Numbered from the stretch's first letter, positions 21,045-31,273 are shown. The stretch: 64,000 bases of DNA from Dehalococcoidia bacterium (GCA_965219325.1 OZ244723.1:1503628-1567627); one strand, 5' to 3'. Made by a program: numbers and translations. Notes: generated by a model not told the origin, from the letters alone.

Positions 21045-21854
21045 ATGACATTCAAGCTGATCGCACTCGACATAGACGGAACAATCAGGGGACCCGATCA
21101 CCCGATTGCCGAGCGGACCACCCGGGTACTGGGCCGCGTGCGCGAGCTGGGCGCCGTTGTCACGATCGCGACCGGCCGGTCGTTCCGCTCGGCGGTCGAG
21201 GCGACGAGCGGGCTGGACCTTCAGGATCCGATCGCGTCCTTTCAGGGCGCACACCTGGCGGACCCGCGGACCGGACGGGTGCTCTGGCACCGCCCGCTGA
21301 CGGAGGGCCTGACCATGCGCGCGCTCGACAGCCTGAACGGGTGGGACGGGGGCGTGATGGCCTTTATCGGCGAGGAGGTGTACGTGAGTCATCTCACCGA
21401 CTGGTCCGCGGCCTACGGCGACAGGCAGGACGTCCGTGTCCGGGAGGTGGGGAGCCTTGAGCGGGTGGCCGACATGTGTCCCACGCGCCTTGTGGTCGTC
21501 GGCGATGAGGACCGCATCGAACGCCTGGAATCGGAACTGATCGGTCGGTTCCAGGACGAGCTCCACGTAACCCGCTCGCTGCCATATTTCTGCGAGATAC
21601 TGCACCCGGCCGGAGGCAAGCACCGCGCCCTCGAGGCGCTGTGCGCCAGGCTGGGCCTGGCGCGTGAGGACACGCTGACCTTCGGCAACGGCTACAACGA
21701 CGTGCACATGCTCAGCTGGGCGGGTCTCGGGGTCGCGGTCAGGGGCGCCGTCGCGCCCGCGGTCGAGGCGGCCGACATGATCTGCCCCCCGGTCGAGCAG
21801 CAGGGGCCCGCCCAGGTCCTGGAAGACCTGGTCTCGGACGGCCTGATCGGGTGA
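21045..21854 (+). CDS. Cof-type HAD-IIB hydrolase
   Basis: LIALDIDGT, ATGR, conserved Lys in GGK, and motif IV variant FGNGYND. Confidence 0.9.
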   Translation: MTFKLIALDIDGTIRGPDHPIAERTTRVLGRVRELGAVVTIATGRSFRSAVEATSGLDLQDPIASFQGAHLADPRTGRVLWHRPLTEGLTMRALDSLNGWDGGVMAFIGEEVYVSHLTDWSAAYGDRQDVRVREVGSLERVADMCPTRLVVVGDEDRIERLESELIGRFQDELHVTRSLPYFCEILHPAGGKHRALEALCARLGLAREDTLTFGNGYNDVHMLSWAGLGVAVRGAVAPAVEAADMICPPVEQQGPAQVLEDLVSDGLIG

Positions 21855-21887
21855 GGCCCGCCCGGGCCTCCTGACGGCGACGCGCCC

Positions 21888-22826
21888 ATGGCCGAAACCT
21901 CCCGCGCCAACATACTGGTGCTCGGCGGCATCAACATCGACCTGATCGCCTCGTCGGACAGGATCCCGCTGCCCGGCGAAACCGTGACCGGCGACCTGTT
22001 CTACACGACGCCCGGCGGCAAGGGCGCCAACCAGGCCGTCGCCGCGGCGCGCATGGGGGCGAAGGTCCAGATGGTCGGCAGGGTGGGCGCAGACGCCTTC
22101 GGGCCCGGCCTCATCGAAGATCTTAGGACCGAGGGCATCGACGTGTCGGCCGTGGCGGAGCAGGCAGGTGCCGCCTCGGGCGTCGCCGTGATCCTGCTCG
22201 ACGGCGAGCGCCAGAACTACATCGTCCAAGTAAGGGGCGCAAATCTGATGGCCGGGGAGACGGAGGCGGCAGGGGCCGCCAGTGCCCTCGGGGCCGCCGA
22301 CGCCCTCATGCTGCAGCTGGAGCTGCCGTTCGAAGTCTCCCTCCGGACCGCGGAGGCGGCGCGAAGGGCGGGTGTGCCGGTCATCTGGGATCCCGCCCCG
22401 CCGAGTCCGGACATGGAGCGGGCGATCGGCTCGGTGGACGTGATAACGCCCAACCAGAGCGAGGCACAGTTCCTTACGGGGATAGAGGTCACCGGGCCGG
22501 AGTCGGCCGGGGCGGCCGCCCGCGACCTGCTCGAGCGCGGGGTGCCAACGGTGGTGATCAAGATGGCGGAGTTGGGCGCCTACTACGCAACGGCCGAGGA
22601 GTCCGGCCTAGTGCCTGCGCTAAAGGTAGGGGTGGTCGACTCGGTTGCGGCGGGCGATGCGTTCGGTGGGGCGCTCGCGGTATCCATCGCCGAGGGACGC
22701 TCCCTGCGCCGGTCCGTTGAGCGCGGCTGCGCGGCGGGCGCCCTGGCGGTGACCCGGCCCGGGGCCCAGGCCGCCATGCCCTCACGGCGGGAAGTGGAGC
22801 GATTGGCCTCCGCCCTAGGCGGCTGA
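21888..22826 (+). CDS. rbsK: Ribokinase
   Basis: GGINID, PGGKGANQAVAAAR, PNQSE and DSVAAGDAF. Confidence 0.9.
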   Translation: MAETSRANILVLGGINIDLIASSDRIPLPGETVTGDLFYTTPGGKGANQAVAAARMGAKVQMVGRVGADAFGPGLIEDLRTEGIDVSAVAEQAGAASGVAVILLDGERQNYIVQVRGANLMAGETEAAGAASALGAADALMLQLELPFEVSLRTAEAARRAGVPVIWDPAPPSPDMERAIGSVDVITPNQSEAQFLTGIEVTGPESAGAAARDLLERGVPTVVIKMAELGAYYATAEESGLVPALKVGVVDSVAAGDAFGGALAVSIAEGRSLRRSVERGCAAGALAVTRPGAQAAMPSRREVERLASALGG

Positions 22827-22862
22827 GGGCCGTCCCCTCGGTCGCCGCCCGGAGGGCCCTCG

Positions 22863-23630
22863 CTAGGCCTCGGTGCTGCTCTCGGCCTCGAGCAACTCGA
22901 TCTGCCGGTCGATCGTGCCCATCTCGGCGAACGCTTCCCTTACGAGATGGAACGAACGCTGAAGGTACAGGTCGGCCAGCTGCGCGCCCCGATCGTCGGC
23001 CGCCTTGACCGCCGCCACCATCCTCGGCACGTGTAGATCGTCCGGCAGGTGGCGGCAGATGAGGTCGATCTCGTCCTCGGTCTCGCGGACCAGGCTGTCC
23101 TCCTTGCCGTCGACGGCGTACCTGAGTCGCCCGATCAGCTTGGTGAGCTCGCCGAGCCTGTCGCTCTCGCTCATCAGGCCGTAGAGGACCTCGTTGATTC
23201 CTACGTCCGCCGCTCGTTCCCCGTCCTCATCAGGGGCCGTGACCCTGGCAGAGCTCGACTCCGAGTACCGCTGCGAGTAGCTCTGGAGCAGGTCGTTGAC
23301 CGTGAACATCGCCGACGAGACATCGTCGGCGGCAACGGGCCCCCCGAAGAGGATGTCGTCTTCGCGCAGGCCGGCCAGCTCGTCTAGGAAACCCCGGTCC
23401 GGGACCTTCTCCGGAGACGGGGGAAAAGCGAAGGCCGACAGGTCCTTGGGACCGAGCTCGCCCATCTGGTTCATCAGGAAGGGGGGGACGTACTTGGTCA
23501 CATCCACCTTGATCGGAAGGACGATCAGGTACGTTGCCCAGACCTCTTCGGGAGCGCCCGAGGAGGTGAAGTAAACCAGGGCGTGTCCCTTGGGGTTGGA
23601 GGCGTCGCCCCTCTCGAAGATAAGGTCCAT
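22863..23630 (-). CDS. Hypothetical protein
   Basis: Clean 255-aa ORF with a GGAG RBS and natural acidic/helical composition; fills the gap between neighbours. No motif recognised. Confidence 0.75.
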   Translation of the reverse strand: MDLIFERGDASNPKGHALVYFTSSGAPEEVWATYLIVLPIKVDVTKYVPPFLMNQMGELGPKDLSAFAFPPSPEKVPDRGFLDELAGLREDDILFGGPVAADDVSSAMFTVNDLLQSYSQRYSESSSARVTAPDEDGERAADVGINEVLYGLMSESDRLGELTKLIGRLRYAVDGKEDSLVRETEDEIDLICRHLPDDLHVPRMVAAVKAADDRGAQLADLYLQRSFHLVREAFAEMGTIDRQIELLEAESSTEA

Positions 23631-23696
23631 GTAAGGCTCCGCCTATAAGTAGGCCACGGCGGGCCCTGGTTCGCAAGGCGCGAGCGGCCGCTGGCC

Positions 23697-23702
23697 TATA
23701 AT
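23697..23702 (+). promoter_or_regulatory. -10 box TATAAT, 7 nt before the pyrD ATG (leaderless-type)
   Basis: TATAAT-cgggtgg-ATG. Confidence 0.6.
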
Positions 23703-23709
23703 CGGGTGG

Positions 23710-24735
23710 ATGCTTTACCGTGCGCTCGCACGGCCGCTACTGTTCGCGCTGCCGGCCGAGACGGCCCACGCTGTTGTCGAAACCGCTCTGGGGGCGACGC
23801 CTCTGTGGCGGATGGCCGCGCCCGTGTTCGGCAGGGATTCCCCGCGGCTTCGCACCGTCCTGTGCGGCCTCGATCTGTCATGTCCCATAGGCCTTGCGGC
23901 GGGCTTTGACAAGGGTTTCTCGACGTCATCGGCGCTGGCATCCCTGGGGTTCGGCTACCTGTCGGCGGGCACGGTTACCCTTGAGCCGCGCCATGGCAAC
24001 CCCAGGCCCAGGCTGGTCAGGGACGGCGATAGGCGGGCACTGGTCAACTCGATGGGCTTTCCGAACCCCGGCTCGGAGACGGCCGTCCGCAAGATGAAGC
24101 GGTACGCCGGATCGCCCCCGCTGGTCGCGAGCGTTTCCGGCACCGAGGTGGCAGATCTCGTGGCCTGCCACCGAAGGGTCGAGCCCCATGCGGCGGCGGT
24201 CGAGATCAACATCAGCTCGCCGAACACCGCCGGCCTGCGCGTGTTCCACGATCCCGCCGCCCTGGCCGACCTGCTCTCTGCGGTCGGGCAGGGCAGGGGA
24301 AGGCCCCTGTTCGTAAAGCTGCCGCCCTACCCGGATGCGGCGGACGGTCGCCGGACCGCCATGGCCCTGGTCCGCGCCTGCGCGGACGGCGGGGTCGACG
24401 GGCTGACCCTGGCAAACTCAAGGCCCGTAAGCGACGATCGGCTCGCCGTGGGCTCGGGGGGCCTGAGCGGCGGGCCCCTCCTCGGCGAGACCCTGCGCAT
24501 GGTGAGGGAGGTGCGGGCTGAGCTGGGAGCCGGCATGGCGATCAGCGCGTGCGGCGGGATATTCGACGGAGGCCAGGCCGTCGAGGCTCTTAGGGCGGGC
24601 GCCGATACCGTTCAGATATACACGGCCCTTGTGTACCGGGGCCCGGCCGCGGTCGGCCTGATCAAGCGGGAGATGCTGCGGGCGATGGATGCGGCCGGGG
24701 CCGAGGACCTGGCCGACCTGTCCGAACGGCCGTAG
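23710..24735 (+). CDS. pyrD: Dihydroorotate dehydrogenase (quinone, class 2)
   Basis: GLAAGFDK, GNPRPRL, NSMGF, NISSPNTAGLR, GGLSG and QIYTALVY. Confidence 0.92.
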   Translation: MLYRALARPLLFALPAETAHAVVETALGATPLWRMAAPVFGRDSPRLRTVLCGLDLSCPIGLAAGFDKGFSTSSALASLGFGYLSAGTVTLEPRHGNPRPRLVRDGDRRALVNSMGFPNPGSETAVRKMKRYAGSPPLVASVSGTEVADLVACHRRVEPHAAAVEINISSPNTAGLRVFHDPAALADLLSAVGQGRGRPLFVKLPPYPDAADGRRTAMALVRACADGGVDGLTLANSRPVSDDRLAVGSGGLSGGPLLGETLRMVREVRAELGAGMAISACGGIFDGGQAVEALRAGADTVQIYTALVYRGPAAVGLIKREMLRAMDAAGAEDLADLSERP

Positions 24736-24769
24736 GACCGCCGGAACGATCCGGGAGTGGAGGGGTCCG

Positions 24770-25735
24770 CTAGTTTCGGGACAGGGCGCGTCGAAGGTGG
24801 TTGAGCGAGAGGTTGCCGCCGCTCTGGACGAGCACGACCGTCTTTCCGGCGAGGCTCTCCCTGATGCTGATCGCCCCGGCAAGGGCCGCGGCGCCGGCGT
24901 GCTCGGCCAGGTTGCGGGTGTGCTCGATCCACAGCACGACGGCCCGCTCGATCTGATCGTCGCTCACCAAAACGAAGTCGTCCAGCAGATCGCGCATGAT
25001 CCCGACCGTGTACTCAAATCCGACGCCGGTCGCAAGGCCCTCTGCGATCGTACCCATCTCGAGCGTCGCCATCTCACCCGTGCGCCATGACTGGTGGGCG
25101 GCGGGGGCCTCTGCGGACTGAACGCCTATGACCTTTACGTCGGGGTTTATGGACTTTACCGCGATGGCCGTTCCGCAGACCCCGCTGCCGGCCCCGACGG
25201 GCACCAATATCGCATCGACGCCGGGCAGGTCGTCCATTATCTCAAGGCCGTAGGTGCCGACGCCCTCGACCAGGTCCGGCTCGTCGGCCGAGTGGATGTA
25301 CAGGTAGCCCTCCTCCCTGGACAGGCGCTCGACCTCCTCGCGCGACCCGTCGAAGTCACGTCCATGGAAGCGAACATCACCTCCCAGGGCCCTCATCGAG
25401 GCCACCTTGCCCGGGTTCGCATCCTCCGGCACGACGATGACGGCGTGGACACCGAACAGTGCGGCCGCATAGGCGATCGACTGGCCGTGATTGCCCGTCG
25501 AGGCGGTCACCACTCCGCGCAGGCGCTGCTCTGCGGGCAGCTTGAGCATGTAGTTGACGCCGCCCCTCATCTTGAATGCGCCCAGGCGCTGGTGGTTCTC
25601 GTGCTTAACGTACACCTCCGCCCCGCCGACCAGATCGTCCAGGGCCAGGTACCTGTGCAGTGGAGTGCGCGTGATGTAGGGCAGGATGCGCTCGTGCGCG
25701 CTGCGAATGTCCTTGAGGGTGGGTCTCTTGAGCAA
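24770..25735 (-). CDS. PLP-dependent serine/threonine dehydratase family protein (no ACT domain)
   Basis: KHENHQRLGAFKMRG, STGNHG, PVGAGSG and SGGN. Confidence 0.9.
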   Translation of the reverse strand: MLKRPTLKDIRSAHERILPYITRTPLHRYLALDDLVGGAEVYVKHENHQRLGAFKMRGGVNYMLKLPAEQRLRGVVTASTGNHGQSIAYAAALFGVHAVIVVPEDANPGKVASMRALGGDVRFHGRDFDGSREEVERLSREEGYLYIHSADEPDLVEGVGTYGLEIMDDLPGVDAILVPVGAGSGVCGTAIAVKSINPDVKVIGVQSAEAPAAHQSWRTGEMATLEMGTIAEGLATGVGFEYTVGIMRDLLDDFVLVSDDQIERAVVLWIEHTRNLAEHAGAAALAGAISIRESLAGKTVVLVQSGGNLSLNHLRRALSRN

Positions 25736-25826
25736 GTTAACGCCGCCGGCTAAGTGGGTCTACCGCAAGGGCTCCCCGCCTTGCACGGGGGATGCCAGTG
25801 GGCCCACTGAGTATAATCCAAGGCCC

Positions 25827-27557
25827 ATGCCCATTCGTGTCCTCAGGCCCGACGTCGCTGCCAAGATCGCGGCCGGCGAGGTTATCGAGCGCCCGGCGTC
25901 CGTGGTCAAGGAACTGATCGAGAACTCCCTGGACGCCGGGGCGGGCAGGATCGCGGTGGATATCGCCGGCGGCGGCGCGGAGACCATTCGCGTTCTCGAC
26001 GACGGGCGCGGCATCCCCGGAGACGAGGTGGAGCTTGCCTTCCGTCGCTTCGCAACCAGCAAGGTGACGATTCTGGCGGACCTTGAGGCGATACGGTCCC
26101 TGGGGTTCAGGGGCGAGGCCCTGGCCAGCATAGCCGCCGTCTCCCGCGTCGTGCTGGTAACGAAGATGAGCTCAGAGGATGCCGCAACCGAGATCGAGGT
26201 CTCTGAGGGAGAGCTCCTCAGGGTCGCGCCGGCGGGGGCCGCCGACGGGACCTCCGTTACGGTCAGGGACCTGTTCGCCTCCCTCCCGGCAAGGCGAAAG
26301 TTCCTTTCCTCGGCTTCGGCCGAGGCGACCCGGGTAAGGACGCTGGTCCAGCGCTACGCCCTGGCCTATCCCGGCGTCGCGTTCGAGCTCAAGGTAGACG
26401 GCAGGAAGGCCGTTTCCACCTCCGGGTCGGGAGCCCTGCTGGACGCGGTGGCGCAGGTCTACACGCCGGACCTTGCGGCCGAGATGATCGCCGTCCAGGG
26501 CGACCGTCCCGGGCTCATTTCCCTAACGGGGCTGGCCGGTGCGCCGACCGTGAGCCGCTCGAGCCGGGCGCACATCAGCCTGTTCGTCAACGGTCGCTGG
26601 ATACAGTCGGGCAGCCTCGGGCATGCGGTCGAGCAGGCATACCACGGGTTCATGGGCGAGCGGCGCCACCCCGTGGCGGTGCTGGGCATCCGGGTCGACC
26701 CATCGGACCTTGACGTAAATGTCCACCCCGCCAAGGTCGAGGTGAGGTTTCGCCGCGGGCGCGAGGTCTACGCCGAGGTGCAGCGGGCGGTCAGGGAGGC
26801 CCTGACCCAGTACGCACCGGTCCCTGCCATGAGGGGCGAAGGATCTGCGCGCGCCATCAGGGAGCGCTCGGGGGCGATGTGGACATCCACCCTCGCAAGG
26901 ACCGATCGGCCGTCCGAGCACGCGGCCCGGGCCGCCGCGACCGAGGCGCAGGGGCGCGCGCCCCGTGCGCCGATGGCCTCGGTCCTGCCGGCGATGCGCG
27001 TGCTGGGACAGTCGCAGCTGACCTACATCGTCGCCGAGGGGCCGGACGGCCTGTACCTGTTCGACCAGCACGCCGCCCATGAGCGAGTGCTCTACGAGAG
27101 GATGGGCGCCGAGTCCGGCGCCGCGGCCTCCCAGGCGCTCCTGGTGCCGGTCGAGATCGACCTGTCGGACCTGGAGCCCGAGGTCGGGGACGCTCTCGCA
27201 TCGGCCGGGGAGATCCTCGCCGACACCGGATTCGAGATCGAGCCGTTCGGTCCCATGACCTACCGGCTGATGGCCCTCCCGGCGGCCATGGGGGCCGCTG
27301 ATCCGGCAGGCGGGCTTATCGAGGCGCTGCGGGACATGGGGCGGTCGACGCGCGCCGCCGACCGGCGCGAGAGCCTCGTGCGTCGCGTAGCCTGCCACGG
27401 GGCCGTGAGGGCGGGCATGAAGATGGCCAAGGAGGAGATGGAGGAGCTGATCCGCCTGCTGGAGGCGTGCGCCCAGCCCCACTCCTGCCCGCACGGGCGC
27501 CCGACCACGATTCATCTCAGCGAGGCCCGGCTGGAGCGCGAATTCGGCCGCTCCTGA
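25827..27557 (+). CDS. mutL: DNA mismatch repair endonuclease MutL
   Basis: IAAGEVIERPASVVKELIENSLDAG, GFRGEAL, DVNVHPAK, DQHAAHER, ACH and CPHGRP. TATAAT at 25812-25817. Confidence 0.96.
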   Translation: MPIRVLRPDVAAKIAAGEVIERPASVVKELIENSLDAGAGRIAVDIAGGGAETIRVLDDGRGIPGDEVELAFRRFATSKVTILADLEAIRSLGFRGEALASIAAVSRVVLVTKMSSEDAATEIEVSEGELLRVAPAGAADGTSVTVRDLFASLPARRKFLSSASAEATRVRTLVQRYALAYPGVAFELKVDGRKAVSTSGSGALLDAVAQVYTPDLAAEMIAVQGDRPGLISLTGLAGAPTVSRSSRAHISLFVNGRWIQSGSLGHAVEQAYHGFMGERRHPVAVLGIRVDPSDLDVNVHPAKVEVRFRRGREVYAEVQRAVREALTQYAPVPAMRGEGSARAIRERSGAMWTSTLARTDRPSEHAARAAATEAQGRAPRAPMASVLPAMRVLGQSQLTYIVAEGPDGLYLFDQHAAHERVLYERMGAESGAAASQALLVPVEIDLSDLEPEVGDALASAGEILADTGFEIEPFGPMTYRLMALPAAMGAADPAGGLIEALRDMGRSTRAADRRESLVRRVACHGAVRAGMKMAKEEMEELIRLLEACAQPHSCPHGRPTTIHLSEARLEREFGRS

Positions 27558-27639
27558 GGGATCCGCCGGCGCCGGCCCGCGGGCGGGGGACCGGCCGGGT
27601 ATCAAGCGCTTACGATCGCCCCCGGCGCGGGGGGGGCCG

Positions 27640-28905
27640 CTAGTAGTACCGCAGCCAGACGTAGAGGCCGGAGATCATCAGGGTCACTATGCCGATCACG
27701 ATTCCGTACCTGAGGAACCGGAAGAAGCTGATGGGGTGACCGAGCGTGCGCGCCATCGTGACCACGACGACGTTTGCGGACGCGCCCACGATGGTCAGGT
27801 TGCCCCCCAGATCGGCGCCCAGGGTCAGGGCCCACCACAGGGGGCTGACCTCCCCGGTCGAGGTGTCTCCCACTATCTGACCCACCACGTGGATCATCGT
27901 GGCGGTGAACGGGATATTGTCGATGATCGCCGACACGCCGCCCCCGATGTACAGCATCAGAAGCGACAGGGTGCGCTCCTCGCCCCCGGCAAGATCTACC
28001 ATCCACTCCTGGAAGAGATCTATCACCCCGGCCTCCACCATCCCGCCGACCAGGATGAAAAGGCCGGTGAAGAAGGCAAAGGTGTTCCACTCCACGTCCC
28101 TGAGGATCTCGCCGGGCTCGAGCCCCGATACCATCAGCAACAGTCCCGCTCCGGCGAGTGCCACGAAGGCCGGGCTCACCCCGATCAGCTCATGGGTAAA
28201 GAAGGCCACCACCGTGAGCCCGAATACACCCAGGCTCTTTACGAGCAGACCGCGGTCCGTGATCGCCCCGTTGGACGACGCGGCCATGACCTCCATCCTC
28301 TTATCGTCGGGGACCCGCAGATCTTTTCTGAAGAACAGGTAGAGAAGGGCGATCAGCGCCACCATCGACAGGGCCGAGACCGGGATCATGTTCAGCGTGA
28401 ATTCCAGAAAGCCGATGTCCGCCGCGCTGGCGACGATGATGTTCGGGGGATCGCCCACTATCGTGGCCGTGCCCCCTATGTTGGATGCGAACACCTCGCC
28501 TAGCAAAAAGGGCACGGGATCGAGGCTCAGGCTGCGGCACAGGTTCATGGTGATGGGCACCATGATCACGACCGTCGTCACGTTGTCCAGGAGCGCCGAC
28601 CCCACGGCGGTGATCATGACCAGCAGCACCATGAGGCCGAACCCGTTGCAGTTGACCAGCTGGGCGCCCCGCCTCGCGGCCCAGTCGAAGGCGCCCGTCC
28701 GCGAGATGATGCTGGCCAGGACCATCATGCCGGCCAGGAGGACGATCACCTCAAGGTCTATGTGGTGGAAGGCCTGATCGGGAGTCAGGACCCGGGCGAA
28801 GACCATAACCGCGGCGCCGAGCACCGCGATGACGGCGTGGGGGATTCTACCGACCGCGATAGCCAGATAGGCGATCCCGAAGATTACCGCGGCCGTGATC
28901 ATCAA
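27640..28905 (-). CDS. ArsB/NhaD (CitMHS/P-protein-like) ion transporter
   Basis: LLDNVTTV, SNIGGTATIVGDPPN, IIDNIP and GGNLTIVGASAN; many TM segments. Confidence 0.9.
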   Translation of the reverse strand: MMITAAVIFGIAYLAIAVGRIPHAVIAVLGAAVMVFARVLTPDQAFHHIDLEVIVLLAGMMVLASIISRTGAFDWAARRGAQLVNCNGFGLMVLLVMITAVGSALLDNVTTVVIMVPITMNLCRSLSLDPVPFLLGEVFASNIGGTATIVGDPPNIIVASAADIGFLEFTLNMIPVSALSMVALIALLYLFFRKDLRVPDDKRMEVMAASSNGAITDRGLLVKSLGVFGLTVVAFFTHELIGVSPAFVALAGAGLLLMVSGLEPGEILRDVEWNTFAFFTGLFILVGGMVEAGVIDLFQEWMVDLAGGEERTLSLLMLYIGGGVSAIIDNIPFTATMIHVVGQIVGDTSTGEVSPLWWALTLGADLGGNLTIVGASANVVVVTMARTLGHPISFFRFLRYGIVIGIVTLMISGLYVWLRYY

Positions 28906-28971
28906 GCAGAGTATTCTACAGTCCTTGCGGGGCTTTCAGGGAGCCGGGCGGCCGCAGGCGGGCGCGGGCGC

Positions 28972-28980
28972 TGATATAAT
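28972..28980 (+). promoter_or_regulatory. Extended -10 promoter (TGnTATAAT) for the def-cca-secD-secF run
   Basis: TGATATAAT in the divergent intergenic region upstream of def. Confidence 0.55.
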
Positions 28981-29073
28981 TTTCCGGCCTTGGCTGGAGC
29001 CGCCGGCGATCGGCCGAGGCTGGGGAGGCCGGTTGGCCGCCCCTCCATACTCGAACACGTGCAAAGGCCCGCA

Positions 29074-29646
29074 GTGGCTGTCCTTCCCATCATCAAGTTC
29101 CCGGACAAGACCCTCCGTCAACGCGCGCGCAAGGTCAGGACGATCGACCGCTCAGTAGTTCGGCTCGCCAGCGACATGATCGAGACCATGGACGCCGCCG
29201 AGGGAGTCGGCCTGGCCGCAAACCAGGTCGGTGTGCTCAAGAGGGTCATCGTGGTCAGGCTCCCCGAGGACGAGGTGGCCCGGGTCTACGTAAACCCGGA
29301 GATCGTCCACCGGGAGGGGGAGAGGCTGGTGGAGGAGGGCTGCCTGAGCCTACCGGGCCTGGTCGGCACCGTGACCAGGGCCATCTGGATCAGGTTCCGT
29401 GGGCTCGACCTGGACTCAAAGCTGGTGCGGATCAGGGCCGAGTCGCTTCTCGCCCAGGTGCTCGAGCACGAGGTAGATCACCTGAACGGCGTCCTCTATA
29501 TGGACCACCTGGCGGCCCACGAGACCCTCAGGCCCATCGAGGAGGCGGCCGAAGATGCCGAGCAGGCCGGGGAGCTGGTGCACACGGGCTCCGGCGCCCT
29601 TCGAGTCTCGCCCGGGGCCGCTCACGAGGTGGTGGCGGCTGACTAG
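29074..29646 (+). CDS. def: Peptide deformylase
   Basis: GVGLAANQ, EGCLS and HEVDH. GTG start at 29074 (MAVLPIIKFPD). Confidence 0.95.
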   Translation: MAVLPIIKFPDKTLRQRARKVRTIDRSVVRLASDMIETMDAAEGVGLAANQVGVLKRVIVVRLPEDEVARVYVNPEIVHREGERLVEEGCLSLPGLVGTVTRAIWIRFRGLDLDSKLVRIRAESLLAQVLEHEVDHLNGVLYMDHLAAHETLRPIEEAAEDAEQAGELVHTGSGALRVSPGAAHEVVAAD

Positions 29647-29653
29647 CGGCTTG

Positions 29654-31255
29654 ATGGCATCCATCGCATCGTCGGATTCCGATCCGGCTCAGGCAGGGCC
29701 TCGCGGCGGCATAGCCCCCGCCGGTTGCGGGGCCACACCGGGGCAGGGCTCGTCATTGACGCTCGACCGGTTCGATCCCCGGCTTGAGCTGATCGCGTCC
29801 CATCTGCGCCGCCTGGGCCTGGAGGCCCACGTGTTCGGCGGAGCCGTGCGCGACGCCCTGCTTGGCCGGGCCACCAGCGACCTTGACGTGTCGGTTTCCG
29901 CCCCGGCCGATCGTCTTGGAAGAGAGCTGGCCGACCTGCTCGGGGGAAGCTACTTCCAGCTGGACTCGGTCCGCGGGATCGGCCGGGTGACCGTCGCCGG
30001 ACCCGGGGCACTTACCGTCGACCTGACCGGCGGCCTGCCCGCCGGCGAGATCGACCGGCACCTGAGATCCAGGGACTTCACGATCGATGCCATGGCCGTC
30101 TGCCTCAGAGAGCTGACCCTCGGCAGGGGCGCCGTGCTCGACCCCGTCGGCGGCCTGATCGACCTTCGGTCGGGGATCGTGCGGGCGGTGTCTCCCTCGT
30201 CGCTGCAGGACGACCCGATAAGGCTGCTGCGGGGACCACGCCTTGCGGCGACCATGGGGCTCGACCTGGAGCCCAGCACGGCCGGCTGGATACGCGAGCG
30301 GGCGGGCCTGCTGGCGCGTGTCGCGCCCGAGAGGGTGCGCGATGAGTTCCTGAAGCTGCTGGCCGCACCCGGCGTCACCCGGTCGCTGAGGGGCCTGGAC
30401 GAGCTGGGCCTGCTGACCGCCGTAGTCCCCGAGCTGGAGCGGTCAAGGGGAGTCGCGCAGCCGCCGGAGCACCACTACGACGTTCTCGATCACTGTATCG
30501 AGACTCCGGGAGCCCTCGAGCTGATCCTCGATGGGCCGGGCGGCGGACCGGTTACCGGCCGTGTCCCGAAGTTCGAGGGCATCAAGGACTATTTCGGCCG
30601 GCAACTTGTGGACGGGGCGGACAGGGCAACCATCCTGCGGCTGACCTGCCTGCTCCACGACATCGCCAAGGCGGCCACCAGGACGGTCGAGCCGAGCGGC
30701 CGAATCCGTTTCCTCGGGCATGGACCGCAGGGAGCCGCGGTGTGCAGGGACCTGATGGAGCGCCTGAGGTTCAGCCGCAGGGCGATAAGGTATGTGACCA
30801 CCGCGGTCGAGCACCATCTGCGACCGGGCCAGGCCGCACCGCCCGGGGATCTGCCCTCGGCCAAGGCGATATATCGCTACCGCCGAGACCTCGGGGACCT
30901 CGCCGTGGACGTGCTCTACCTGAACATGGCCGACTACATCGCCGCCAAGGGGCCCCCGATGCTCGAGCCGGGCTACGACCTTGCGGACTGGGAGCGTCAC
31001 TGCGGCGTCGTCACGGCCCTGCTCGCCGGAGACGATGGCCAGAAGTCAGGGGGCCGGTCCAGCGCGGCGCTATTGGACGGGAACGATATCATGGCCGAGC
31101 TTTCACTCGAGCCCGGACCCCTGGTAGGCGAGCTGCTCGAGATGGTTGACGAGGCGAGGGCCACCGGCGATATCGATAGTCGCGCGGATGCTCTCGACCT
31201 GGTGCGGAGCGCCCTTCAGTCGAGGCGCGGCTGCCGGAATGGATCGAGTCGTTAG
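29654..31255 (+). CDS. Class II tRNA nucleotidyltransferase with HD domain (probably CC-adding)
   Basis: GGAVRD..L....DLD, RDFTIDAM, DDPIRLLR, PERVRDE, LLHDIAK and RFLGH. Start is ATG 29654 or TTG 29756. Confidence 0.85.
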   Translation: MASIASSDSDPAQAGPRGGIAPAGCGATPGQGSSLTLDRFDPRLELIASHLRRLGLEAHVFGGAVRDALLGRATSDLDVSVSAPADRLGRELADLLGGSYFQLDSVRGIGRVTVAGPGALTVDLTGGLPAGEIDRHLRSRDFTIDAMAVCLRELTLGRGAVLDPVGGLIDLRSGIVRAVSPSSLQDDPIRLLRGPRLAATMGLDLEPSTAGWIRERAGLLARVAPERVRDEFLKLLAAPGVTRSLRGLDELGLLTAVVPELERSRGVAQPPEHHYDVLDHCIETPGALELILDGPGGGPVTGRVPKFEGIKDYFGRQLVDGADRATILRLTCLLHDIAKAATRTVEPSGRIRFLGHGPQGAAVCRDLMERLRFSRRAIRYVTTAVEHHLRPGQAAPPGDLPSAKAIYRYRRDLGDLAVDVLYLNMADYIAAKGPPMLEPGYDLADWERHCGVVTALLAGDDGQKSGGRSSAALLDGNDIMAELSLEPGPLVGELLEMVDEARATGDIDSRADALDLVRSALQSRRGCRNGSSR

Positions 31256-31273
31256 GCATTGGCGGAGAGATAG

